A stretch of DNA of 63,736 nt, the filler included, from Octopus bimaculoides (taxonomy: Eukaryota), in the NCBI RefSeq assembly GCF_001194135.2. It is 4 parts of 4 records of this genome, joined end to end, with 100 filler letters (N's around TTAATTAATTAA, not from the genome) between each part and the next. Parts side by side here need not be neighbours in the genome. Positions count along the whole stretch, not along the records: positions 25,842 to 52,289 come from NC_068985.1; positions 52,390 to 59,009 come from NW_026333608.1; positions 59,110 to 63,736 come from NC_068990.1; 1 more part is not named here. The stretch is one strand, 5' to 3'. The position numbers were made by a program, and so were the translations under genes. Positions within the stretch are counted from its first letter, which is position 1; every line of letters starts with the position of its first letter. The notes below the pieces were generated by a model that saw nothing but the letters and a program-made list of their open reading frames with translations, did not search any database and was not told where the DNA came from. Below, piece after piece: positions 48,631 to 60,844 of this stretch.

Positions 48631-49773
48631 CTANNNNNNNNNNAAATAAATAGTTAGATATATACATACATACATACATACATACATACATGTATGTATA
48701 TACATACATATACTTATATACACACATGTATACATATACATCTCTCCATCACGTTTTCTCTCTCCCCCTATCCACACACACATACACTCCCAGACACAAC
48801 TATATGCATGCCTCTGTGTGCATAAACACACACATATATACATATATGCATCTCTCTCTCTCTCGTTTTTTCTTTCTCTCTCCACACACACGCACACACA
48901 CACACACATATCCGAGACCATATAACTAATTCCTGATTTAAAATCATCCCCGTCTCAATAAACATCATCAGCACGATAATCGTCTTAAACGTAAACAACA
49001 AGCTTTGAGCACATTTGTAGTCCAATTAGCTGCCATAATTTAAACAAAAATGTGCTCAGAGAAATAACTGAGATGTGAAGGGAATTTATTTGAATAACAA
49101 GGAGAAAAACAATATATCTAATGCATTAAAATTTTGTATTTAATATACCCCAGCTGTGGCTGTAGTTCATTAGTAATTATGGAGACCATATCCTATCATC
49201 GACATTATATCATACTTTGTCTCCATGTTTGACAATATGTAAAGGGAATCTCAAGATATGCGTTCATTCAGAGACCGCAGACGTTATTTATTGAAAATAT
49301 CGCGTCCTTGTTGCAACATTTTTTTCTCTGCTGCACGTGGCCGTGAACATCATTCATAACCACTTGAATTGTTGTATACAAACTTGATCCAGCAAAATCA
49401 GGCTTTAGATTTAATATTCAGAGAAGTAATTGTTAATAAGCAATTTCGTAGCTAGCATATCAACCATTATCTGCTTTCTAAAGGATACTTCAATATTATT
49501 TGTTAAAATTTTCTCAGATAAAACATATTCTTTCGCTAGGTAATTATATAAACACCCTGAAGATATTCTGTTTTAACTTAAAAACAAAAAAATCATTACA
49601 GAACCTACAATTTATAAAATTTCACATAACGTAAGTATTCCTATATTATTAAACTGTCAAATTTACGCTTCGATACCACAAATCTTATTGGTTATCATAT
49701 AAATCGAGTGATCTAAAGAAACTGAGTGAGCAACGGGAATTTTCTCGTACCCTTACAGTGGCAAACTTCAATG

Positions 49774-49848
49774 AAGACCACCTTCTTATAGATGAGATAT
49801 TGAAGAAATCCGATTTCTTCAATATCTCATCTATAAGAAGGTGGTCTT
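49774..49848. repeat. Perfect 37-bp palindrome with a 1-nt spacer
   Basis: AAGACCACCTTCTTATAGATGAGATATTGAAGAAATC-C-GATTTCTTCAATATCTCATCTATAAGAAGGTGGTCTT. Confidence 0.95.
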
Positions 49849-50605
49849 TTCTTTTTAGAGAATGTAACAATCTGACAAACATTTGTAATATTGATAAATA
49901 TGTTTTGGCCTCTTAGTCATGAAGTGTTAGAATAATTTTCATGCTGTTTTATTAACGTGCTTTAAGCTGTCATTTCGCATAGCTTATCGCTATTGTCAGC
50001 TCTCACTAGAGTCAATTCTGCTGTTTCCTTTCTTATTCAAATCATTCTAATATCACGCCAAATGAAAAAAAAAAGAAATTCTTTTTGCTAAAGAACCCTT
50101 GTGTATTTCTTTGAACAGCAATCTTTTCGGACACATTTACTCTGGATTAATATTTCAAATTCAAATTCCGACAAAGTAATTTTTAAATTGAAGTTTTACA
50201 CAGTATTCTACTAAAAAAGAACCCCACTCATGTATTGAATTCAGGATAACACTCTTTATTCCTCTAAATATTTGTGATCTTGTACCAATGCCAGAAAACT
50301 ATACTTAATTATAAAAAAGTGCTGCTTACAAATATTCGATTGACTAATTACGTTTTAAAGTATTCCTTGGTATATAAAGAAGATAAAAGGAGCGAAAATA
50401 TTGCCAAGTTGTTAAATCCGTAACCAGAGACGGAAGTATATTTTTATGTAATTTTCAGTTGCCTGACAATTACTTGAAGCAAGATAAAACTTAATCTTCA
50501 TCGCTATAAAATGAATATTTGAAGATGGCGCCTGGAGTTGAATATTACATAGTGATATAAACATTTTTTCATACAAATATAGAGAATGAAGAAGGGTGTT
50601 TCTCT

Positions 50606-50664
<59 letters not shown>

Positions 50665-50894
50665 AGCGCGCGCGTGTGTGTATTAAATTGTATTTATATT
50701 TGTAAGCTTGTGTGGGACAGCAAAAGAGAGACAAAGAGAAAGATGGAAAAAGATACAAACGAAGATTAAGAGCGAAAAGGAGGCGAAACAAAAAGAACGT
50801 GTCAAGCGCTCGAAATATACTTCAGAAAATAAATGTGGCTAATAATGACTATAATACGTTTATTATTATGATTATTCAGTGACAGATTAGTGCC

Positions 50895-51370
50895 AACCAT
50901 CAAAGTGACACTGGCGTAAAATATACGAAGCCCAGTATACCCATCATGACTACCCGTTTGATGAGGGTATACCAGACACATGCGTCACAACCATATGTGC
51001 GCGATGTGGTGGTCTAATATCGAGATAAACAGCGCATTAGCTTACAGGTGGAACCAGTTAGAATTTTCTTCAGGTCGAGTAGCCCATCTCGCTCAAAAGG
51101 TCCCTGTATAAGGCTTGTTTAAGGATGTTGAAAGAAACACCCATGTTTCCAGAGGTGAATTATCGAAACATCAAAGAATTCCTCTCAATACATGGCTATG
51201 ATACTCCCAAACTACTTCTGTTCGTGAGCAGTGATGTACATATCGTCAGCCATTAAGGGACATGCTCAGCTGGTTAAGGTAAAAAAACTAACAAGCAAAT
51301 TTGTGGTATTGAGCAGATATTTGCTGTAGCCCATCTTTTATACCAAGACAAAACAAAGTACATGATTTAT
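50895..51370 (+). repeat. Unclassified dispersed repeat, long copy
   Basis: First about 140 bp match 28196-28347. Confidence 0.65.
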
Positions 51371-52030
51371 TGTTATTATTATTTATCGTAACACAGTGTA
51401 GGTAAAAATGCGACGGAGTCTTTAGTGATCTGTCAAATCACAACAAGGACCTCAGACAGATAAGGTGTGCGCTGTGCCCAATAAGGCTGCTTTTTGCAAG
51501 ACATCTATCTTGCAACGGATTTCCAGTGGCCTTAATAAGTTTTGAAGCTTCAATGGGATTGAGCCCACCGCTCCGATCACCACTGGTATCACTTTTACAT
51601 TACCCTCTCGCATCTCATAGTGTCTTGCCATTTCCACTTTCAATTCGCAGTACTTGGTGACTTTTTTCAACCTCTTTACTTACAACATTCATGTCATTTG
51701 GTATGGCTGCATCGATGATCTGACAGTATTTGTCTCTCTTATTCAATATGACAATATCCGGCCGACGGTGTTCGATTACACGACCCGTCTGAAAATCATA
51801 GTCCCAGAGTATCGTTACTTTTCCATCTTCCTGCATAACCTTACTTGGTACTTGCTCATACCGGTTCTCTATTACTTCATATTGGTATTTACGGTATAAG
51901 AACCAATGAAGATACACACACACTTTATCGTGGCGGCACTTGTGTGTGCAAGACTCTCACAGCCACTTACCAAGTGGGACACATTTTCCACACTCTTTCC
52001 ACAGAGTCTACATTTCTGGGTCTCAGAAGA
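51366..52030 (-). mobile_element. R4/Dong-like RLE LINE 3' fragment (CCHC knuckle plus PD-(D/E)xK endonuclease)
   Basis: KCRLCGKSVENVSHLVSGC, RHDKVCVYLHW, KVTILWDYDFQTGRVIEHRRPDIVIL, IIDAAIPND, KYCELK, LQKAALLGTAH; frameshifts; (TAA)n tail. Confidence 0.9.
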
Positions 52031-52289
52031 TTTATTATTATTATTATTATTATTCAGTAGTTTTATTTTTATAACGTGCTTTCACTTCACTACCGAGCGC
52101 AGCTCTGTGCGCCTTGGGTATGTGCTGTGGTTTGCTGTGGTGCTCTTATGTTTACTGTATTGAAAGTGTTTTGCGTAGAATGTGTGCAGTACCCAGTAGT
52201 GCAATTTTCTGTATGTTATATATATTTGTAAGTCCTGGTGTTTTTGTTATGTATTTGTCTGAATATTTTTTTATTATACCTAAGGCACC
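52031..52289 (-). mobile_element. Second RLE LINE 3' end (same family as 30386-30714)
   Basis: Near-identical 3' end and (TAA)n tail; truncated at the linker. Confidence 0.85.
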
Positions 52290-52389
52290 NNNNNNNNNNN
52301 NNNNNNNNNNNNNNNNNNNNNNNNNNNNNNNNNTTAATTAATTAANNNNNNNNNNNNNNNNNNNNNNNNNNNNNNNNNNNNNNNNNNNN
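52290..52389. other. Artificial scaffold linker
   Basis: 44 N + TTAATTAATTAA + 44 N. Confidence 0.95.
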
Positions 52390-52452
<63 letters not shown>

Positions 52453-52526
52453 GAGATATAGATAGATATATATGTAGTAAATGAAAGACAGATGTAATAT
52501 ACAAGAATTTATTATTCCGACACACA

Positions 52527-53585
52527 TACGAGGGGGTGCTGAAAACTCCCTGGCTTTGGGGGAGAGAAAATAGAGGAAGATCAGTTAATTATGATCATTA
52601 CCAGCATCACCTTCCTGGCACTTGTGCCGATGGCACATGAAAAGACATTCGAGCGAGATCATTGCCAGTGCCGCTGGACTGGCTCCTGTGCAGGTAATAT
52701 GGAAAATAAACCATTTTGAGCGTGGCCATTGCCAGTATCGCCTGACTGGCCTTCGTGCTGGTAGCACGTAAAAGCACCCACTACACTCTCGGAGTGGTTG
52801 GTGTTAAGAAGGGCATCCAGCTGTAGAAACTTTGCCAGACCAGATTGAGCCTGGTGCAGCCATCCGGTTTCACCAGTCCTCAATCAAACCATCCAACCCA
52901 TGCTAGCATGGAAAGCGGACGTTAAACGACGATGATGATGATATTCCCCTCTCAGATTCAAACACTTATTGCAGCATTCCTTCAGTTTTTCTAAACCCTA
53001 TAAAAGAATTCAGACGGTTGGGCCTCCAGCCAGGCTTTTTGTGATACCCTTCAAACCCCCTCATATATACACACACACGAGGGGCTGCTGAAAATTTCCT
53101 AGCTTTGGGTAAAAGAAAATACAGCAGAATCATTTAATCATGATTTTATTCAGCATATTCCCCTCTCAAATTCACACACTTATTGCAGCAGTCCTTCAAG
53201 TTTTCTAAGCCCTGTAAAAGAACTCGGAACATTGGGCCTTCAACTAAGCCCTTTGTGATACTCTTTAAACCAGGAATTTTTTTTACACCCCCCCTCCATA
53301 TGTGTGTGTGTGTGTATGGTAAATGAAAGAGAGAAGATGGAATAGACAAGACTTTATTATTAATCACAGCATACACACACACACACATACATATAGGAGG
53401 GGCTGCTGGAAAGTTCCTGGCTTTGGGTAAAAGAAACTACAGGAGAATCAGTTAATTATGATTTCATTGAAAATATTCCCCTCTCAAATTCACACACTTA
53501 TTGCAGTGGTCCTTCAGGTTTTCTGAACCCCATAAAAGAACTTTGAAGGTTGGGCCTTCAACTAGGACTTTTGTGTTACCCTTAA
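52527..53585. mobile_element. Three tandem mariner-derived MITEs of about 220 bp; the first is interrupted by an RTE 3' fragment (52590-52945)
   Basis: TA-CGAGGGGGTGCTGAAAA(G)TTCCTGGCTTT termini at about 52527, 53078 and 53394. Minus strand reads QGLENLKDCCNKCVNLRGEYAE, a mariner transposase C-terminus. Confidence 0.8.
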
Positions 53586-53841
53586 CCCCTTGCCTGCCAT
53601 GGGCCCCATTTGGGGATCTGCTAAAAACAGTTTCACTGCTAGTTGTTTGTTGTATTTAAAGGGAATTCCTTATGGACATTGCATTTGCAGAGGTGTGTTT
53701 AACAATATTTAGTAGTTAAAGTTTGTCATTATTAAGTCTGGTTAATTCTAGAGGACATTTTATGCCATAAATCGCCATTTTTTAACTACAAAAATATTAA
53801 AGGTTTTGAAAACATTTGTTTTTCTTTTGCATTTCCCATTG

Positions 53842-54227
53842 TGGAGGCGCAATGGCCCAGTGGTTAGGGCAGTGGACTCGCGGTCATAAGATCACGGTTT
53901 CGATTCCCAGACCGGGCGTTGTGAGTGTTTATTGAGCGAAAACACCTGAAGCTCCATGAGGCCCCCGGCAGGGGATGGTGGCGAACCCTACTGTACTCTT
54001 CCACTACAACTTTCTCTCACTCTTTCTTCCTGTTTCTGTTGTACCTGTAATTCAAAGGGTCGGCCTTGTCATACTGTGTCACGCTGAATATCCCCGAGAA
54101 CTACGTTAAGGGTACACGTGTCTGTGGGGTGCTCAGCCACTTGCACGTTAATTTCACGAGCAGGCTGTTCCGTTGATCGGATCAACTGGAACCCTCGACG
54201 TCATAAGCGACGGAGTGCCAACAACAA
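53842..54227 (+). mobile_element. SINE family C, full length
   Basis: A box TGGCCCAGTGG, B box GGTTTCGATTCCC, tail CAACAACAA. Confidence 0.9.
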
Positions 54228-54239
54228 GGATTTCCCATC

Positions 54240-54610
54240 TGTATCATCATCATCGTCGTTTAATGTCCGTGTTCCCTGGTGGCATGGGTTGGATGGTTTG
54301 ACAAAGGACAGGCGAGTCAGAAAGCTGCAGCAGGCTCCAATCTGATCTGCAGAGTTTCTACAGCTGGATGCCCATCTTAACGCCAACCACTCCAAGAGTG
54401 TAGTGGGTGCTTTTAGATGTCACCGATACGTGGGCCAGTCAGGCGGTACTGGCATTGACCACACTTGAATGGTGTTATTTACTTGCCACCAGCACGGGAG
54501 CCAGTCAAGCAGCACTGGTAACGACCATGATCAAACGGGACTTTTTACGTGCCACCAGCACTGACATTGACCATGTTCGAATGGTGCGTTTTACGTGCCA
54601 ATGGCACGGG
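54240..54610 (-). mobile_element. RTE LINE 3' UTR with (GAT)n tail
   Basis: Matches 20195-20500. Confidence 0.75.
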
Positions 54611-54867
54611 CATATTATAAATATTAGAAGTGGGTTATACGCAATTTACAACTGAAAAGCAGAAATATAGACGTCACTAGAGTGAGTAAGGGCACTGGTG
54701 AGCACCAGCACAGCTAGAAATAACAGCCAAGACAATAGCCAGTCATAAGAAACATGCTTTACGAAACCATGAGGTGTTTTGACTCCTATTTCTAGCAATA
54801 CTGGCTTTGTGGGAAGAAGCTTATTTATGTCATACACATTTGCATCTGATACTATACTTACTTCTTT

Positions 54868-56506
54868 AAGTCATTTGACTGCGGCCATGCTGGAGCACCC
54901 CAGGACTTATTCTTTGTAAGCCTAGTACTTATTCTATCTGTTTCTTTTTGCCGAACCGCTAAGTTACGGGCGACGTAAACACACCAGCATCGGTTGTCAA
55001 GCGATGTTAGGGGGACAAACACAGACAAACAAACATATACACACACACACACACATATATACGACGGGCTTCTTTCAGTTTCCGTCTACCAAATCTACTC
55101 ACAAGGCTTTGGTCAGCCCGAGGTTATAGTAGTAGACACTTGCCCAAGGTGCCACGCAGTGGGACTGAACCCGGAACCATGTGGTTGGTAAGCAAGCTAC
55201 TTACCACACAGCCACTCTTGCGCCTTTTTCTTACTTTCTAAAAAAACTCAAATTTTTATTATTGCAATTGAACAGAAAGGGATAAATATGGTTATTTTCA
55301 GTGATCCCCATTTAGGACTTATCGAAAAATTTACCAATTCCCGTAGCTTGCTTATGAATCACATGGCTCCCGGTTCAGTCCCACTGCGTGGTACCTTGGG
55401 CAAGTGTCTTCTACTACAGCCTCGGGTCGACCAGACCCTTGCGAGTGGATTTGGTAGACGGAAACTGAATGAAGCCTGTCGTATATATGTATGTGTGTGT
55501 GTATATGTTTGTGTGTCTGTGTCTGTCCCCACAACATCGCTTGACAACTGATGCTGGTGTGTTTATGTCCCCGTAACTTAGCGGTTCGGCAAAAGAGACT
55601 GATAGAATAAGTACTAGGCTTACAAAGAATAAGTCCTGGGGTCGATTTGCTCGGCTACAAGGCGGTGCTCCAGCATGGCCACAGTCAAATGACCGAAACA
55701 ACAAATAAAAGAGTAATATGAAGAAAATTTAAATACTACATAGGCGTAGGAGTGGCTGTGTGGTAAGTAGCTTGCTTACGAGCCCCATGGTTCCGGGTTC
55801 AGTCCCACTGCGTGGCACCTTGGGTAAGTGTCTTCTACTATAGCCTTGGGCTCACCAAAGCCTTGTGAGTGGATTTGGTAGACAGAAACTGAAAGAAGCC
55901 CATCGAATATATACACACACATATATATATATATATATATGTGTGAGTATATGTCTGTGTGTCTGTCCCTCCCACCAACTATCGCTTGACAACCGATGCT
56001 GGTGTGTTTATGTCCCTGTACTAAGCAGTTCGACAAAAGAAACCGACAGAATAAGTACTAGGCTTAGAGAATAAGTCCTGGGGTCTATATGCTCGATTAA
56101 AGGCGGTGCTCCAGCATGGCTACAGTCAAATGACAGAAACAATTAAATGAAACTGAGAAAGAGTAAAAACTTCAGTATTTCCGTGTGTAGAAACGAATTC
56201 GTAAAAATTTCCATGAATTCCCAAAAATAAAAAGTTATATGGGGTTATATGGGGCGATTAAACTGGAATTCCGCAGCTATTTCATGCATTTAACCTATCA
56301 TAAAAAAAAAGAAGGTTCCTGAAAAGAATTTATAAGGCGTAGGAGTGGCTGTGTGGTGTAAGTAGCTTGCTTACCAACCACATGGTTCAGGGTTCAGTCC
56401 CACTGCGTGGCACCTTGAGCAAGTGTCTTCTACTATAGCCTCGGGTCGACCAAAGCCTTCTGAGTGGATTTGGTAGACGGAAACTGAAAGAAGCCTGTAG
56501 TATATA

Positions 56507-56541
<35 letters not shown>

Positions 56542-56740
56542 CTGTGTTTGTCCCCCCTCCCCAACATCGCTTGACAACTGATGCTGGTGTGTTTACGTCC
56601 CCGTAACTTAGCGGTTCGGCAAAAGAGACCAACAGAATAAGTACTAGGCTTCCAAAGAATAAGTCCTGGGGGTCGATTTGCTCGACTAAAGGCGGTGCTC
56701 CAGCATGGCTGCAGTCAAATGACTGAAACAAGTAAAAGAG
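54868..56740. mobile_element. Cluster of four SINE B copies (54868-55224 minus; 55343-55712, 55743-56150, 56337-56740 plus)
   Basis: Each carries the family B head, CORE-like segment, microsatellite and tail. Confidence 0.9.
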
Positions 56741-57099
56741 TATTTCAAAAGTTTTCATTTCGTTAACTCGTACTGAATGACAGGCGTTCCGTCCGTGACT
56801 ATCCCGCTGTATTATTGTCATTGCCAGATATGTGCGTCACATTTACGGCTAATAACGAATACTCGAGGAAGATTTAACTGCTATCTCTGTAATATCAGGC
56901 GACCACACAGACCCTCGTAAGTCCCCTCCCTTTTACTCGTTTCAGACACTGGAATGCGGCCATACTGTAGCACCGGCTTAGTCAAACAAATCGACCTCTT
57001 ATGCCGAACCACTAACTCACGGGGGACGTAAACAAACAATAACCGGTTGTCAAGCAATGGCGGGAGACAAGCGCAAATTTACAGACTGATAGATATATA

Positions 57100-57314
57100 C
57101 AGAGTGCGGCAGAAGTAACGCCCTTTTCTATTCGAGTTTTGTAGGTTCTAATTAAGGTTCTTTTTTTTTAATTTCCTAATACTTCTATTTTTTCCCCTAT
57201 TAGTTTATCATTCGTTTTTTAAAGTAGGGAATTCGATAAAAACAAATTACTTAAACATTTATATACTATAAATGTTATTAAACGCAGAAAGGGCGTTACT
57301 TCTGCCGCGCCCTA
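57100..57314. mobile_element. Tc1/mariner-type MITE (215 bp) nested in a degenerate SINE B
   Basis: TA-CAGAGTGCGGCAGAAGTAACGCCCTTT ... AAAGGGCGTTACTTCTGCCGCGCCCTA-TA; TIRs of about 27 bp; TA TSD. Confidence 0.8.
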
Positions 57315-57589
57315 TACACATACGCACGTGACGGGCTTCTTTCAGTTTCTATCAACTCAATCCACTGACAAAGGATCGGGTCGGCCCAGGGATCAAGATG
57401 CCACGCCGCGGGATTGAATTTAGAACTACGTACTTCAGCAAACTTGTTACAGTGAAGGTAAAGAGTATGTACACCACCCGTTTTCCGCGTTTAGGGTTAC
57501 GCCGAAAACAAGTGGTGTGCGTATTCTTAACCTCCGCCGTTGTTACCACCTGCACCTAAAAATATTGGTTTCAAATTTCGGGGAGGCGG

Positions 57590-58174
57590 GAAGTCGATGA
57601 CATCAACCCCAGTGCTCAATTGGTGCTTTATCGATCCCAAAGTTCCACTTATATTTATTGTATCGACCCCGAAAAGATGAAAAGCAGAGTAGGCCCTCGA
57701 TGGAAGTCGAACCCAATGTTACGACGAACGAAATGCCGTCGCCAGGCAAAAATGCCCGGTTTGCTCGCTGCTCAGTTTCGTCTAAAGATATTGTTTTACA
57801 CTCTTGTTGGCACTCCGTCGCTTGCGACGACGAGGGTTCCAGTCGATCCGATCAACGGAACAGCCTGCTCGTGAAATTAACGTGCAAGTGGCTGAGCACT
57901 CCACAGACACGTGTACCCTTAACGTAGTTCTCAGGGATATTTAGCGTGACACAGAGTGTGACAAGGCTGACCCTTTGAATTACAGGCACAACAGAAACAG
58001 GAAGTAAGAGTGAGAGAAAGTTGTGGTGGAAGAGTAGAGCAGAGTTCGCCACCATCCCCTGCCGGAGCCTCGTGGAGCTTTAGGTGTTTTCGCTCAATAA
58101 ACACGCACAGCGCCCGGTCTGGGAATCGAAACCGCGAGTCCGCTGCCCTAACCACTGGGCCATTTCGCCTCCAC
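57590..58174 (-). mobile_element. Degenerate SINE A (57590-57780) followed by SINE C (57803-58174)
   Basis: Family-specific sequences. Confidence 0.8.
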
Positions 58175-58904
58175 ATTGTTTTACACTAAAGGGGGGNNNN
58201 NNNNNNCGCCCGGTCTGGGAATCGAAACCGCGAGTCCGCTGCCCTAACCACTGGGCCATTTCGCCTCCACATTGTTTTACACTAAAGGGGGGGGGGGGAG
58301 AAATGGCAGGATAGAATGAGAGATAAACCCGAAATTATTTGAAACACGTTAAGACATGTTTGAAGGCAGAAGCTAAATGCGGAACAATTAGCAAATTATT
58401 TTGAAGGATTTATGAAAGAAATAACGCATAAAGCGATTGGTTATGTGAGAAGAGTTCGCAAGAGAGCGAGTCACGGTTAATTAACGTTAGATATTCGTAA
58501 TCAATTGAAATTTAGCTGTGAATAAGGTAAGAAATGGAGACTTAATTACCGGACGGAATGGTTCCCGGACATTTTCAAATTCTGGTCGGGTTGCCGCGAT
58601 ACATGCGACACCTGGTGTTGGCGCCCGAACGTAACAACAGGAGGGGATAACTCTGTAGATGGCTTTTCTCTCGTGGACGTGTAATTATTATGTGTCGGGG
58701 GAGTGAGGAAGTGGTAGTAGTGGGAGAGATAAAATGTGATTGTGTTTCCATGGTGGTGGCCGTAGGATGGAGACGGGGAAGGGGTGATTTTGTGGTGGTG
58801 GCGGGGATGAAGTTGACAGTGGTTAGTGGTGGTGGAGCTGTCGTCGCTTTTGCTGTAGCTGGAGATGATAACGGTGGTGGCAGAGGTGGTATTGGTGGTC
58901 GTGG

Positions 58905-59009
58905 TTGCTACAGTTGTGGTGGTGGTGGTGGTGGTGACGACTTGGTGGTGGTGGTGACGACTTGGTGGTGGTGGTGACGACTAGGTGGTGGTGGTGACGA
59001 CTTGGTGGT
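58905..59009. repeat. (GGT)n with a 20-bp unit GTGGTGACGACTTGGTGGTG, about 4 copies
   Basis: Direct reading; runs into the linker. Confidence 0.85.
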
Positions 59010-59109
59010 NNNNNNNNNNNNNNNNNNNNNNNNNNNNNNNNNNNNNNNNNNNNTTAATTAATTAANNNNNNNNNNNNNNNNNNNNNNNNNNNNNNNNNNN
59101 NNNNNNNNN
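59010..59109. other. Artificial scaffold linker
   Basis: 44 N + TTAATTAATTAA + 44 N. Confidence 0.95.
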
Positions 59110-59483
59110 AAAAAAAAAAAAAAAAAAAAGAAAAACATCCTATAAATTTTCTGCGGACAGTAATTTATTTCATCTTTAATTTTAATGGGGCTGAACCTGG
59201 AATCTGGGTGGGAAGTAGACTTCTTACCACACAGCCACGCCTAAACAAAATTGTTTTTGCCCCTTAACTTCGATATTTTAAAAATTATGTATGCAATGGA
59301 AGAGCCCAAGTGAAAATTGCAGAAAAAAAATACAAATGAGATATAAATTTTAAAAACAAGCTATTCATTTCTAACATGAAATTAGATCTGAAAACATGAA
59401 TTAAAATAGCAGTTTATTTATTTATTTTTTTGCATAATTACAAAAAAAAAAGGAATAAAGGATATATTCTGAGTATTTCTTAC

Positions 59484-59684
59484 CTGGAAAAAAGACAATC
59501 TGGACTGGTTTGAATGTCTTGTGACCATTTCTGGATTCTGTACATCAAATCGCTTTCGCTTATAGCCGAAAGATTGGATGCCTTTTTATCCAAATTATAT
59601 CCTTTTCTTACCAAGTCTATAAATTTGCCGCATTTCTCCGTTACATTAACCATAACATTGGCTTTCGTGGGACAAAATCGCCCT
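59484..59684 (-). CDS. Candidate internal exon (201 nt, phase 2-2) of an unidentified gene
   Basis: Long polypyrimidine tract ...tttttttacag|A, donor AG|gtaaga, stop-free frame GRFCPTKANVMVNVTEKCGKFIDLVRKGYNLDKKASNLSAISESDLMYRIQKWSQDIQTSPDCLFS. No family recognised. Confidence 0.6.
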
Positions 59685-60253
59685 CTGTAAAAAAACAAAA
59701 ACAAAAAAAACGGAAAAATATAAATTTTAATGTCTTTTTAATTAATGATTTCCTTTTATATCTGGAAAAGGGAGTGAGAGGCAAAAACGACTGATGAAAG
59801 AATTAAAACCAGAATCTAAATCTAAAACGACGTACCTAAGCACTACAAAAATTTTATTCGGTGATCCACGGATTTTAACACTTACTACCATTGTTTTGCT
59901 TAAAAATAAAGGTTTCCAACTTTGGCAAGGAAAGGGATAGAAAGAGGAGAGAAGGGGCAGAGATGGAATTTGAGAAAAAGAAGGAAGAAATAAAGAAGAG
60001 AAAAGGGAGGATGAGAAGAACTGGTGTCGATATAATTGACAGCAATTCTTCACTAGTATTCTGTCAATACGAAACATTACGACACCATATCTCTGTTATA
60101 TTATATTAAAGTGAATCGCTTAATAATGAGTATGTAACTTTTACGAAAATAAATGAATTATTACAATCTACACCGTCTACTCTTTTACTTGTTTCAGTCA
60201 TTTGGCTGTGGCCAGGCTGGAGCACTGCCTTTAGTCGAGCAAATCTATATCTA

Positions 60254-60284
<31 letters not shown>

Positions 60285-60289
60285 TATTA

Positions 60290-60700
60290 ATAAAATTTTG
60301 CTACCCTGTATTTTATTAATAATGATAAAAAATTTTTTTTGGCTAATTTCTGATTGAAAATCGGCATTTGTGTATTTACTGCCGAATAGGTAAACCGCAA
60401 ATACGCGGTAAATTTGGAAAATTAGATATTCGAATACGAACCATGCTCTCTATTTGACTCGTATCTCGAATGTTGTCTGGTCATTCTGCCGATGATAGTC
60501 CGACCTTTGTGAGATATATAATTTTTATCTTACTAAAATTGACTTGAAACCATGGTACAGAATATAGATTGGTAAATGTTTTTATTTTTCATTCCCTTTC
60601 GAAATTATCCCTACTTTTTTGTGGTATGTAGTCTTGCTGCTATTTCTAGCGGGTTAGATGTCCTATTACAGGCATCTCTGTATTTTAAATGAATAATATC
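60290..60700 (+). mobile_element. HHR-containing non-coding repeat, copy 2 (core mutated to CCGAUGA at 60489-60495)
   Basis: Same stem I (AUUCUG/CAGAAU), GACUU GAAA CCAUGG UA and downstream sequence as 25934-26140. Confidence 0.75.
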
Positions 60701-60804
60701 TATCTATCTATATATATGACGTTGACCACTAACGTGAACATTCAATGTGCTATATCTATCTCTCTCTCTATATATATATCTACATCTCTCTCTATATATC
60801 TACA

Positions 60805-60842
<38 letters not shown>

Positions 60843-60844
60843 CT

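Noticed and set aside
49685-49882. ORF MFVRLLHSLK...
   Set aside because: Its openness comes from the palindrome; no splice signals or recognisable motif.
52031-52289. Segmental duplication with 30386-30640
   Set aside because: Identity is confined to the LINE 3' end; these are two copies of a young retrotransposon.
58207-58290. Tandem duplication of the SINE C head region
   Set aside because: It repeats about 58113-58196 across a 10-N gap; probably an unmerged contig overlap. The same applies to 42661-42700.
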